Positions 33,020 to 43,274 of a stretch of DNA of 64,000 bases are shown in pieces (the first letter of the stretch is position 1; each line of letters begins with the position of its first letter). The stretch spans positions 1,152,001-1,216,000 of the forward strand of contig CAWHAE010000012.1 of assembly GCA_963827235.1 (NCBI GenBank), read 5' to 3'. This stretch comes from an uncultured bacterium (lineage in GTDB: Bacteria > Chloroflexota > UBA5177 > JANWHV01). The position numbers were made by a program, and so were the translations under genes. The notes beneath the pieces were generated by a model. That model was not told where the DNA came from, made no database searches, and was given only the letters and a program-made list of their open reading frames with translations.

Positions 33020-35917
33020 CGTGCTTGTCGCCTGCTGTGCAGTGCTATTCAGCTCGGATTGCTCGGCCAGGAAAACCTGGTTGTTGGTGCTCTTGAGCAC
33101 CGCGCCGTAACGACCCGTCGCCAGACCGGAAACCGTGTTCACGTTCAGCACCGTGTCGCCGTTGGGCGCCAGCGTCAGATCTTGGGAGGCCGTTGCCCCC
33201 GACTCGGTATAGAACGTGGCGTGGATGGTAGCAGCCTTCAGACCGGGATTGAACAGGAAGAGCTGGGACTGGGTGCCGCCGGCCGTGCTGCCGCCTGGGA
33301 AGGCCCAGGAGAGCCCGCCGCCGTTGCAGCCAAAGATCACGCTGCCCGAGCGTGCCAGAGACAGGTTCGCCGGCCCATTGTAGACCGGTCGCTCCACCAC
33401 CACCGGCACGTTGCTGGTCAGGATGGTAGCCACCTGAGCATTGGGGAGCACGTCGTTGAGCTTGATGTTGCCCCGGTGCAGCGGGTTGACGACGATCGTC
33501 TTGGTCCCCACCGGCTTGCCCGTGCTGTCATAGAAGGTCGCGGTCACCGCGGCAGGCGCGGCTTGATTGGGGTTCAGGATGGTGAAGAAGGTCTGGCGGT
33601 CCCCGGCGCTCTGGCCCTGGGCGAACAGCCAGACCGTCGAGGCGCTGGTGGCGCCAATCTTGTCGTGGGCGCCTCGCCCGCCCGCGCCGAAGCGCATGGT
33701 GCGCTCCACCACCACGTCCTGGTCGGCGGTGACGATGGCGCTGATGGACTGGCCGGGCATGTACTGGCCGGCGTCAATGGTGATGTTCGAGCGCGGTTGC
33801 ATCACGAAGCGCACCTCGCGCGCCGGACGATCGTTGAAGGGCAGGAAACGCACGTCGATAGTGGCGAAGGTCGTGGCCGGGTTCATCACCTCCAGCTGCT
33901 CGCGGAAGCTGCCGTTGGTGTAGCCCTCCGCCAGGTACCAGGTCCGGGCCGGCCCCGGGGCGCCCAGGGCGACGGTCGCATCACCCGAGCCGTAGGTAAC
34001 GCTGCTCTCGGCACTGATCTGGCGGTCGGCCTCCAGGATGGTGGAGACGTGCCGGCCCGGCCCGGCCGTCTGCGCCAGGTCGACCGATGCCACGCTGTGC
34101 GCCGGCACCGTCTGGCTGTAGCTGCGCTGCGGCCCATCCTGATAGAGGAATGTCATCTTCACCAGGGCTTGGGCATCGCCTGGGTTGAGCATCGAGATAG
34201 TGGTCCGATTGTTGCCGGTGGTGTCGCCGTTGGCGAAGTACCAGCGGGTGGCGACGGGCAGGATCGCCGTCACGTTGACCGAGCTGCTCGCCCGGCTGCT
34301 GACGCCGCTGGCGATCACGATATTGGTGCCGCTGATCACCGTGGCAGGCACCACGACGCTGGCGCTGAAATGGCCGTTGCTATCGGCCAAGACCGTGGTG
34401 GGCGTGGTGAGCAGAGCCGACCCGTTGAGCGCCAGCACAATCTGCTCGCCCGGGGCGAACCCGCTTCCCTGCACGCTCACCGTGGCACCGGGCGAGAGGA
34501 TGCCCGTGGAGAGCGCGAGGTGAGGGGTCAGGAGAGCCACCTTGGTGTCGATGGCGGCGACCTTCGCGCCCCCAACCAGCGCTTGCAGCGTGTAGGAGCC
34601 CGCGGCCGTGTTCGCGGGGATAGTGATACCCACGGGACCGAGGGCGCCTTTGCTCGTGGCGCCGATCGTGGCGAGCTTCAGGGTGCCCCCAGCGCCGACC
34701 AGGGCGATGGTCACCTGGGCGCCGGCCGGGAAGTTGCTGCCCGCGAGCTGTGCCAGTCCACCGGGGCTCACGAGGTAGGGCGTGCCGGCGACGTGCGTGG
34801 TGTCGAGGATACTGAGGATCGGCGCCGCCGGTGGCGGGGCCTGCACGGTAAGCGCAGCGGTCGCCGAGCGCCCGCTCGTTTGCCCCAAGCCGGCCAGGGT
34901 GAAGGACCCGGAGGGTACGAGGCTGGGGATCACCAGCTTCTCGATGGTGAACGCGCCCACGGTATTGGCCACGATGGTGGCCAGCGTCAAGGGCGCCAGC
35001 GTCCCACCGGTCAACCGAATCGAGATGGTCTCACCGGGGACGAAGCCCTTGCCCGAAACTTTGAGACTGTCGCCCGCCTTGACGGACCCGCTGCCTAGAG
35101 TCAGACCGGCCGGCAGCGCCCCGATGGCGATCTGGGCCGTGCTGCTCAGGTGGCTGGTGGCGCCGGTGGCGACCACGCTGAGCGTGCCTTCGGGCGTGTT
35201 CGCAGGTACCGTCGCATTCAGGCTGAAGGAGCCCGAGGTATTGGCCCGAGCGGAGCCCAGCTTGGTGCTGCTGGCCAGGGCCACCAGGTCGACTCTCACG
35301 ATTTCGCCGGGCTGGAAGTGGGTGCCGCTGATCGTGATCGCATTGCCCGGCTTGGCGGAGGTGGGAGTGATGCCCAGCGTGGCGGCCAGCGCATGGATCG
35401 TGACCGGCACCGTCGCCTGTCGTCCGGACTTTTGGCCGAAGGCGACCAGCATGACCTGCCCCGCCGGGGCGTTGAACGGCACCTGGATGGTCTTCGGTCC
35501 GAAGCTACCCGACGTGCCGGCCTGGGTGTGCCAGATCGGCACGGACACCGAGCCGGACAGCGTAACCAGGCTGACGGTGATAGCTTCGCCCACGACGAAC
35601 CCTGTTCCGTGGACCGTGATGGTGTCTCCGGTGGCGAAGGTGGTTGGACTGCTGCTGACGGTGGCGGTGGGAGTCAGCACTGCCGTGGTCGTGGGGGTCA
35701 GCACCGCCGTGGCCGTGGCGGTCAACTCCCCTGTGGCCTGCACCGCGAGGGGCATCTGCGCCTGTGCACCGATCTGCGCGACGACAGGAGAGGCAGTGCC
35801 TCCGGCAGCGCGCGCAGATGGGGTGAGGCCTGTCGCGCCAACGCCCGCCGGTGCGACACACAGGAGCAGGACTGCGAAGATAGTAATCCGCGCGAGGATC
35901 GAGGAATGCGATCGCAT
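33002..35917 (-). CDS. secreted protein with five Ig/IPT-like repeats plus four DUF5719-like repeats
   Basis: Signal peptide, GxGFxxGE repeats, RWYFANG/TWYLAEGYT/VWLFAQG/SWAFPGG repeats; AAGGAGG RBS. Confidence 0.85.
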   Translation of the reverse strand: MRSHSSILARITIFAVLLLCVAPAGVGATGLTPSARAAGGTASPVVAQIGAQAQMPLAVQATGELTATATAVLTPTTTAVLTPTATVSSSPTTFATGDTITVHGTGFVVGEAITVSLVTLSGSVSVPIWHTQAGTSGSFGPKTIQVPFNAPAGQVMLVAFGQKSGRQATVPVTIHALAATLGITPTSAKPGNAITISGTHFQPGEIVRVDLVALASSTKLGSARANTSGSFSLNATVPANTPEGTLSVVATGATSHLSSTAQIAIGALPAGLTLGSGSVKAGDSLKVSGKGFVPGETISIRLTGGTLAPLTLATIVANTVGAFTIEKLVIPSLVPSGSFTLAGLGQTSGRSATAALTVQAPPPAAPILSILDTTHVAGTPYLVSPGGLAQLAGSNFPAGAQVTIALVGAGGTLKLATIGATSKGALGPVGITIPANTAAGSYTLQALVGGAKVAAIDTKVALLTPHLALSTGILSPGATVSVQGSGFAPGEQIVLALNGSALLTTPTTVLADSNGHFSASVVVPATVISGTNIVIASGVSSRASSSVNVTAILPVATRWYFANGDTTGNNRTTISMLNPGDAQALVKMTFLYQDGPQRSYSQTVPAHSVASVDLAQTAGPGRHVSTILEADRQISAESSVTYGSGDATVALGAPGPARTWYLAEGYTNGSFREQLEVMNPATTFATIDVRFLPFNDRPAREVRFVMQPRSNITIDAGQYMPGQSISAIVTADQDVVVERTMRFGAGGRGAHDKIGATSASTVWLFAQGQSAGDRQTFFTILNPNQAAPAAVTATFYDSTGKPVGTKTIVVNPLHRGNIKLNDVLPNAQVATILTSNVPVVVERPVYNGPANLSLARSGSVIFGCNGGGLSWAFPGGSTAGGTQSQLFLFNPGLKAATIHATFYTESGATASQDLTLAPNGDTVLNVNTVSGLATGRYGAVLKSTNNQVFLAEQSELNSTAQQATSTQGVAQ

Positions 35918-36445
35918 GTGTTCCTCCTTGCAGCAGAGCAAGAGGCACTTGCTGCACTAGTGCTGACCGCCATGCCAAGCCATGCCGGCTCGAGCATGAG
36001 ATCCGATGCTGCCGACCTGGTCAACGCCCTCGAGGCATAGGGGAGGGCGCTCTGGGTGAAAGGCACGTCTGCCGAGCTCACCGGCAACCCAACCTGGGAA
36101 TCATCACTCTCTGAGCAACGCCTTGATGAGGCGAGCCGTGGGTGCCGACCGGGAACACTCCGACCCGAAGTTCAGATTTTACTTTGAACTACCTCATTCA
36201 ATACGAAGCCATTATATCACCATCTTCGTCATATGAACAGAGTAAATTCATGTTATAATCGTGATTGAAGGAGGTGTTGTCGGCCTAGATCGGTGAAAGA
36301 GAGGATCATGCACCGGTGACGCAACGAGATGCAGCGATAAGGACGCGGCGAGACGCCGGGGATGACGACGAGGTTGCCCGGCAACACGCCGCACAGCACA
36401 GGATGACGTGAGACGCAGAGACAGGTAGGCGAAGGAGGAGACGCA

Positions 36446-36730
36446 GTGTTCGCCACAATAGTGCTTCAACCCGGCGGGATCGTAGCCTGGGTCGTGGTCG
36501 GCCTTCTGGCCGGCTGGCTGGCGAGCCACGTGATGGGCTCGGGCTATGGACTGGTCGGCGATCTGGTTCTCGGCTTGCTGGGGGCCGTGATCGGTGGCTT
36601 CATCGTGGGCGGGCTCACCACGGGCACGTATGGTCTGGCCGGCAGTGTCGGCGTCGCCTTCATCGGCGGCGTGATCGTGGTGGCGGCATCGCGCCTGGTG
36701 GCGCGCGGCCACGCGGGAGCGCGCATTTGA
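36446..36730 (+). CDS. GlsB/YeaQ/YmgE (transglycosylase-associated) stress membrane protein
   Basis: WVVVGLLAGWLAS.VM..GYGLVGDLVLGLLGAVIGG; AAGGAGG RBS. Confidence 0.9.
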   Translation: MFATIVLQPGGIVAWVVVGLLAGWLASHVMGSGYGLVGDLVLGLLGAVIGGFIVGGLTTGTYGLAGSVGVAFIGGVIVVAASRLVARGHAGARI

Positions 36731-36956
36731 CGCCGTTAGGATCCGGCTGCTCGAGAGATAGGCTGGCCTATCTCTCGAGCAGCCGGGTCACGATCGCACA
36801 TGCCACGAGACGAAAGGCGGTCCGGCCTCGGCCGCGTACTCCGCCGCCTTGTCTATCAGGTGGGCAAGGATCTCAGGGTGAGCGGTGTCCGCGGCTCGTG
36901 GCTGCCTGTGCATTCCAGGATGGCTGTAGTCACGGACAAGATGGTGAGCCGAGTGT

Positions 36957-37463
36957 TCAGCCGAGCTTGTCGCGCTGGGCGTCCACCACGTGCGCGTCCA
37001 CGGTGATCAAGTCTTGACCCACGCCGACGATGGCATTGGCCGGCACTGTGAACTGTGGCGCGCGGTGAAAGAAGCCGGAGCCCTCGGACGCGGTCACCAG
37101 ATAGGCAGTGATCTGTCCGGTGGCGGGGTCGATGTCGGCACCCGACAAGGTGCCGATCAGGTTACCTGTATCGGTCACGATCTTGGTTCCTCGAAGTGAG
37201 GAAAGACGCGTTCCGTAGACCTCACCGGCGCTGCCTGCTTCACGCGTCGCATTCACTGTCTCATCGACCATCACGGCATCCTGGCCAACGGACCGCACTT
37301 CCGACCACGGAACAAGCGGCCCGCCATGGAACAGTCCACCATGCAACAGCAGAGCGCCGAGACGATGTTGCGGCAGGTCGAGGAGGACATCCTCGATCGC
37401 GCCAAGCTTGTCGGCCTGCGGCACGCTGACCACCGCCACGCCCTTTAGCTGATCGGCCTGCAT
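36957..37463 (-). CDS. tandem PRC-barrel domain protein
   Basis: LKGVAVV..KLGAIEDVLLD...SVGQDAVMV and LRGTKIVTDTGNLIG...GVGQDLITV. Confidence 0.88.
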   Translation of the reverse strand: MQADQLKGVAVVSVPQADKLGAIEDVLLDLPQHRLGALLLHGGLFHGGPLVPWSEVRSVGQDAVMVDETVNATREAGSAGEVYGTRLSSLRGTKIVTDTGNLIGTLSGADIDPATGQITAYLVTASEGSGFFHRAPQFTVPANAIVGVGQDLITVDAHVVDAQRDKLG

Positions 37464-37525
37464 CGCTGTCTCCTTTACCTCCACAGGTCCGCCTGGCGTA
37501 GAAGGCGCACCTCGGATCTATGCAC

Positions 37526-37554
37526 AGTATGGGCCAGGATGGCGCTGGCGTCAA
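37526..37554 (-). promoter_or_regulatory. island signature promoter
   Basis: Minus strand TTGACG ccagcgccatcctgGCC CATACT. Confidence 0.7.
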
Positions 37555-37747
37555 CCATAGAGGCACGGAACTCCGTCTATCCGGAGAGAAGACCGAGGAA
37601 CACCTCGCGTAGTGGTGAGTTAGTTCAAGTAATAGTGTCGAGCAAGCACCGGTCAAAGCCCAGCCGAGCGTCGCCCAGTGGCCGGCGTCGCTCTAGCTGC
37701 AATACGGTCCAGATAAGCGGGAAACAGTCCCGGCCCACAGGACGGGC

Positions 37748-37855
37748 GGGCTGAAGCCCACGCTTGGCGACACCCGCAAGCGGGTCCCCGGAGGCTCCCC
37801 GCGCTGAAGCGCGGGGCATCAGGAGGATCGGCATCGCGCTGAAGCGCGGGGCATC
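37748..37855. repeat. REP/BIME-like cluster of compact hairpins
   Basis: GGGCTGAAGCCC, ACCCGCAAGCGGGT, and two copies of CGCGCTGAAGCGCGGGGCATC. Confidence 0.65.
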
Positions 37856-37913
37856 CAGCCCGCGGCAGAAGCACGATTAGCCGCATTTCCGCCTTAGCTG
37901 GACGGTATTGGCT

Positions 37914-39161
37914 CTAGGTGAAGAGGCGTAGAGGCATCAAAAGGCGCTCGCCCAGCTTGTCCGACCACCGGCGTGCAGACCAGTCCTCCGGCGACAGCTC
38001 GGCGGCGTTGGTCTTATCATGCTCGAACAGGTCGTCCATCTGCTGTGCCAGCTCGTGGCTGTAGATCTCGGCGTTGAGCTCCAGGTTGCCGACCGAGCTC
38101 AAGCGGTCGAGGTTGGCAGTGCCGACCGTGCTCCACTGGCCGTCGATCGTGCAGGTCTTGGCGTGAATCATCGCCTTGTAGCGGAAGATGCGAATGCCGG
38201 CCTCCAGGCAGGTGGTAAACCGGCCCCGAGCCATCCAATCCGCAAGCAGGTGATTCGACCGCCAGGGCAGGAGCACCTGGACGTCAACGCCCCGGCGCGC
38301 CGCGGCAGCGAGCCTGGCAAGCAGCACGCGGTCGGGAATGAAGTACGCATTGGTGAGATGGACGTGGCGCTCCGCCCGGTCGATGGCCGAAATGTACATG
38401 TCGCGGATGGGGAAGGACAGGCGCGCGGCATCGTTATCCTGCGGTACAAACAAGGGATCGAACGCACGCGGATAATGGCGCATGATGTGCTCGGCGGGCG
38501 GAGTCTGGCTGTTCCAGAAGTCCGCAAACAGCTGCGCGAGCTGAGCGGCGGCCGGCCCTTCGGCGCGAAGGTGCGTATCGCGCCACCGTGTGGCGTAGAG
38601 AGCCCCGATGTTGTAGCCGCCGAGAAAGCCGACCTTGCCGTCGACCACGAGCAGCTTGCGGTGCTCCAAGGCGTAGCGGCGCGGGTCGAGCAGGTGCCTG
38701 GGCCGCCGAATGCCCCGGTAGACGAGGGTATGGATCGCGGACGGAAATGCCTTGAAGGCAGCCGGGACCACCAGATTGCCGAACCAGTCGAAGACGATGT
38801 ACACGTCGACACCCTGGGCGGCCTTGCGCGCCAGGCATTGCTTGAACTCCCGGCCAACGACATCGCCTTTCCACAGAAACGACTCCAGGTACACACTCTC
38901 CTTCGCGCCTTCGATGGCCGCGAGCATGGCGGCGTAGAGATCGCGTCCGTAGCTGTAGATCTGGAGAGCGTTATCGCCGGCGCGAACCGGCGGATAGGTT
39001 TGGTGAGGGAAGCCATGAAAAGGTGCGCCGCGTCTGCGACGCGCGGTGCCGATCCGCGACACCGACGCGATGCCGGCGGCCAGCGCCTCGGTCAGGCCGA
39101 AGCGGTGCGAGGCGAACCACGCCATGTCCGCGCCCGCCGCACCCGGCTTCTTGCTGCTCAT
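37914..39161 (-). CDS. cardiolipin synthase-like phospholipase D (ClsB type)
   Basis: Two HKD motifs: HRKLLVVDG and HAKTCTIDG; also WRDTH and NAYFIP. Confidence 0.9.
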   Translation of the reverse strand: MSSKKPGAAGADMAWFASHRFGLTEALAAGIASVSRIGTARRRRGAPFHGFPHQTYPPVRAGDNALQIYSYGRDLYAAMLAAIEGAKESVYLESFLWKGDVVGREFKQCLARKAAQGVDVYIVFDWFGNLVVPAAFKAFPSAIHTLVYRGIRRPRHLLDPRRYALEHRKLLVVDGKVGFLGGYNIGALYATRWRDTHLRAEGPAAAQLAQLFADFWNSQTPPAEHIMRHYPRAFDPLFVPQDNDAARLSFPIRDMYISAIDRAERHVHLTNAYFIPDRVLLARLAAAARRGVDVQVLLPWRSNHLLADWMARGRFTTCLEAGIRIFRYKAMIHAKTCTIDGQWSTVGTANLDRLSSVGNLELNAEIYSHELAQQMDDLFEHDKTNAAELSPEDWSARRWSDKLGERLLMPLRLFT

Positions 39162-39594
39162 CGGCTAATCTCCATGCGCATGTGGAGCAAAGGTTCCCGG
39201 CAGGCGGCCGCCCCAGCCGAAGCGTCGCCCATGACGACAATCCGGATCACGCCGTGCATCACATTGAGGTTAGTCGCTTTCCCCCGATTGTGGGGCTCTT
39301 CTCAGTTTGCGTTCGATGGGCGCACCGACCCCATCGCGTTCCTCCTGCATCGAGACGACCGGGCGCACGACCATCGCCGCCCAGTCGGGCATGGATGACG
39401 CGAGTTTGAGGCTCGCGCCACCACGCACAGGCGCAGTATCGCGGAGTTTCTATGAAGTTGTTCAGGTAATCTGATATGCACTTGGCCAATACTCCAGGAT
39501 ATGATTTGAGTATGGGGCACGAAACCGATGCTATAATGGGCGCAAGCCCTGCTGGGGTGCCGTGAGTATCCTGATCCTCGGGGAATGTGCTGCT

Positions 39595-39975
39595 ATGGAT
39601 GGTTTCTCCTCCGGGCTGTCGGCCGCCCCCTCCGCGCGGGAGGTGTTCGATATCCTGTGGGAGACAATGGCCGATATCCTTGGCACCGCGGCGACGGCAA
39701 CGCTCTTGCGTCGCGCCGCCAAGCGCGGCATCGCCCGCCATGCTGCGTTGACCGGCGTGAGCATCAGGCAGCAGGATTTGACCTACTCCTATGTGCTGCC
39801 CAGTTCCTGGGAACAGGAGTCAAACCAGCAGGCACTGGACGCGCTGCGCACGCTGGCACTGGAGTTGCGCCCCTTACTGATTGAAATGACCGGACCGGTT
39901 GTGATCAGGCGTCTCGGTCAGGTGGCGGCGCTGTCCACTTTATGGTCCGTCTTGCAGGAGGAGGTTCGGACGTGA
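39595..39975 (+). CDS. small protein translationally coupled to the KaiC-like ATPase
   Basis: ILGTAATATLLRRA...LRPLLIEMTGPVVIRRL; its stop overlaps the GTG of the next gene; extended -10 TGCTATAAT at ~39529. Confidence 0.75.
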   Translation: MDGFSSGLSAAPSAREVFDILWETMADILGTAATATLLRRAAKRGIARHAALTGVSIRQQDLTYSYVLPSSWEQESNQQALDALRTLALELRPLLIEMTGPVVIRRLGQVAALSTLWSVLQEEVRT

Positions 39976-41462
39976 GTGCTGGCACGGTGGCGCCATCTAT
40001 CGAGCTCCTGGGTACCGGGAGCGCCGTCCTGGACAGCATTCTGGGCGGTGGTCTGCCTGCGCGCTCAGTAACCGTGATTGCCGGCCAGCCTGGATCCGGC
40101 AAGACGATTTTCGCGCTGCAACTCCAGTTCCATCTGGCGCGCCAGGGCAAGCGTTGCCTGTATTTCACGACCCTGTCGGAGCCCTCGCTCAAGCTGATCC
40201 ACTACATGCAGCTATTCTCCTTCTTCGATCAGCAACTGCTCGATGAGCAAATCCGCTTTGCGGATCTGGGCTCAGCTATTCGCGCCCGGGGAGCGAGCCA
40301 GGCGCTCGCCGAGATCAGCGCGCGGGTGGAACGCGAGGAGCCGGACCTGGTGATCATCGACAGCTTCAAGGCCATCTACGACCTGCTAGGCCCGCCCGGC
40401 GCCGGCCGCACTTTCGTCTACGATCTGGCCGTGTCGATGGCCGGCTGGGGGGCGACCACGCTGCTGGTCGGCGAGTATGCAGCACAGGATATCGTCACGG
40501 CGCCCGAGTTCTCTATTGCCGACGGCATCATTCGCCTGGGCAACCAACCGCAGGAGCTGACTGCCGTGCGGGTGCTGGAGGTGCTCAAGCTGCGCGGCGC
40601 CAATTGCATGACGGGCCAGCACTTCTTCGAGATCACCGAAGATGGGCTGGTTGTCTACCCACGTGTACGCGCCCCAGAGCTCAGCGTGACGGTGCCAGCC
40701 GGCAGCGCCGAGCGTTCCTCGACCGGTATCACCGGACTGGACGAGCTGCTGCATGGCGGTTTGCCGCACCGCAGCTGCACTCTGGTGCAAGGCGGCACCG
40801 GGACAGGGAAGACTCTATTGGCCCTCAGTTTCCTCATCGACGGCGCTGCACGAGGCAAGCGCGGTGTGATATTCACCCTGGAAGAGACGCCCGAGCAACT
40901 CCACGACATCGCCAGGGGCTTCGGCTGGGACCTGCCGGCGTTGGAGGCCCAGGGGTTGGTGCTCGTCCACTACACGTCACCGGTCGAGCTCTCCACCGAC
41001 CGCTTCCTCAATGTAGCCCGAGGGGTCATTCAGGAGTGGCATGCCCAGAGGGCTGTGCTTGACAGTGTCACGAGTGCAGGGATGGGCGTGTCTTCCGAGC
41101 GGCGGTTCAAGGAGCTGATCTATTCCCTGACGAAGCACTTCCGCGCCTTGGGCGTCACGTCGGTCCTCACCATGGAGGTCCCCGAACTGTTCGGTACGTC
41201 GCAGCTGACCGGCCACGGCGTCTCCTCTATCGCGGATAACGTGATCCTCCTGCGGTTCGTCGAGATAGAAGCGCGCTTGGAGCGGGCGATTTCGGTACTC
41301 AAGGCGCGAGGTGTCCACCACGAGATGGAGCTGCGCCGATTCCGCATCACCGATAGCGGCTTCCAGGTTAATGGGCCGTTCACGCACTATCGTGGCGTGC
41401 TGACGGGCGTGCCGACGCTCGCTCCGGCGGGGCCACAGCAGAGCGAATCAGGCGAGCCATGA
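39972..41462 (+). CDS. KaiC-like double RecA-type ATPase (module A)
   Basis: GQPGSGKT and GGTGTGKT Walker A motifs, IIDSF/VLDSV, TLEET, GVSSIADNVILLRFVE, YRGVLTGVPT. Confidence 0.92.
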   Translation: MSAGTVAPSIELLGTGSAVLDSILGGGLPARSVTVIAGQPGSGKTIFALQLQFHLARQGKRCLYFTTLSEPSLKLIHYMQLFSFFDQQLLDEQIRFADLGSAIRARGASQALAEISARVEREEPDLVIIDSFKAIYDLLGPPGAGRTFVYDLAVSMAGWGATTLLVGEYAAQDIVTAPEFSIADGIIRLGNQPQELTAVRVLEVLKLRGANCMTGQHFFEITEDGLVVYPRVRAPELSVTVPAGSAERSSTGITGLDELLHGGLPHRSCTLVQGGTGTGKTLLALSFLIDGAARGKRGVIFTLEETPEQLHDIARGFGWDLPALEAQGLVLVHYTSPVELSTDRFLNVARGVIQEWHAQRAVLDSVTSAGMGVSSERRFKELIYSLTKHFRALGVTSVLTMEVPELFGTSQLTGHGVSSIADNVILLRFVEIEARLERAISVLKARGVHHEMELRRFRITDSGFQVNGPFTHYRGVLTGVPTLAPAGPQQSESGEP

Positions 41463-42710
41463 GCACGGTCTCTGCTGTTCTTGGCACGGCAAGGCCGGTG
41501 ACGCGCGCCCTCTACGACGTAGCGCAGCTCCTGGAAGCGACCCAGAATGCCGAGACGCGCGTGCGAAGAGTGCTGACGCTGTTAGGGGAGATGGTTCCCT
41601 ACGACCAATGCGTGCTTCTCTGTGCCACAGAGGTGGCCATGCCCCGGATGACGTCGCTACCTCCTCTCGAAGAAGGCCCGGCGTCAGAGGTTAGCGCCGC
41701 GCTCGATAGCTTGTTGCAGTTGCTGAGGGAATCCGCGAGCGACCAGGCCGGTGCCGGCCTGCCGTCCTCCGCTGCGGGCGCTTTGAGCGGTGCATCTCAC
41801 CTGGCAGTACCGCTCGTCGCCTTGAACGAGGTGATCGGGATCCTGGCCGTGTGGCAGCGAGTCCCGGACGCCTACGGGGAAGTGGACGTGGGCCTGCTGT
41901 CGGTGGTTGCCGCGCAGCTTGCCTCCTACATGGCCGGACTCACGGCGCGCGATATGCTGGACCGCATGGTCGCAGCGGTGGCGCACGACCTCGGCAATCC
42001 GCTGATGAGTATCTCCGGTGTGAGCCAATTCCTGCAGCGGCACGTAGGACAACTGGGCGAGCCGGAGCGAGAACGATTTGCGCATGGCTTGAAGACCATC
42101 GAGACTACCACGTGGAGCATGACTACGCAACTCAACGAGCTGCTCGACTACGCGCGAGCGCAGACGGGTCGCTTGCTCGATCTGGACACCGAGCCTACCG
42201 ACGTCGTGGCGCTGCTTCGGCAGACAGTGGATGAATACCAGCGCTCGACCGAACGGCATACCCTGGTGCTGCAGACCGCCGAGGAGACGATTGTGACCAT
42301 GGTCGATCCGCGCCATCTGGGGCGTGCGGTCGCCAGTCTCCTCGTCAACGCCATCAAGTACAGTCCGGAGGGGGGACAGATCGTGGTCTCGGTCTCGCGG
42401 GCCGTCGGGATCCGACGGCCGGTGGTTGAGCATAACGATAGCCGACAATGGGCTCGGCATTCCTCGTGCCGACTTGCCGCACCTGTTTGAACAGTATTAC
42501 CGAGCCAGCAACGTAGCAACCACGATTCCCGGCTCCGGCATCGGACTTGCGAACGCTCGTCACACGATCGAGCGGCACAGCGGCACCATCACCATCGATA
42601 GTGCCGAGGGAGCGGGCACGACTGTCACCGTTCAACTGCCGCTGCTTCCGGCCGAGGTGCAGCCGACCTACGTCGCAGGCCAGGCAGCGATAGCGCCGGA
42701 ACAGGGCTGA
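41459..42710 (+). CDS. GAF-domain sensor histidine kinase (one +1 frameshift at ~42408)
   Basis: GAF (HLAVPL..VIGIL), H-box VAHDLGNPL, NAIKYSP; next frame gives DNGLGIP...GSGIGL. Confidence 0.9.
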
Positions 42711-42824
42711 TCGAGGACTGCTCCACGGCGTGCACCTGTGCAGCGGACCTCATCCTGCCGGGTGTTCTTCTTGAGGCGACGGCAGTCTTGCCTAAACCAC
42801 TCGCACCCCATTGCCGTGGCCGGC

Positions 42825-43274
42825 TCAATCGTCGGAAGCAGCCATCTCCGCGTTTGCGTCGGGCCACCGGGGCCCAAGGAAGCGGTGCAGCTGAAGCTCG
42901 AGATCGGAGAGATGAAACGGCTTGCGCATGACCACGTCCGCGCGGGCCGCCCGGGCCTGCAGCAGGTTTGCTTCGGTTATCAGGATGATTGGCGGCATCA
43001 CCGACCCATCAAGTGCGGCGTCCTGACGCAACATGGCTATCAGGGAGGCGCCGTTGAGATAGGGCAGCATCAAGTCGAGGATGAGCAAGGCAGGATGGTG
43101 CGCGCGCGCAAGCTCCAGCGCCTGCCGCCCGTGCAGGGCGATCAGCGGCGTGTAGCCCGCTTCGCGCACGATGAAGGCGACGGTCTCCGCCAGCGGCTCC
43201 TCGTCCTCCGCTATCAGCACCAGAGCCGGCTCCCGTGAATCCTGGGATGCTTGCGGGCTGGTCCTGCCGCTCAT
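42825..43274 (-). CDS. single-domain CheY-like receiver, copy 2
   Basis: VLIAEDEE, LILDLMLP, IILIT, KPF. Confidence 0.9.
   Translation of the reverse strand: MSGRTSPQASQDSREPALVLIAEDEEPLAETVAFIVREAGYTPLIALHGRQALELARAHHPALLILDLMLPYLNGASLIAMLRQDAALDGSVMPPIILITEANLLQARAARADVVMRKPFHLSDLELQLHRFLGPRWPDANAEMAASDD

Noticed and set aside
32930-35960. Long + strand ORFs (722 aa, 392 aa) and similar ones at 518, 5535, 8954, 38019, 46046 and 55852
   Set aside because: Antisense shadows of real high-GC genes; Arg/Ala/Gly-rich, with no motifs or RBS.
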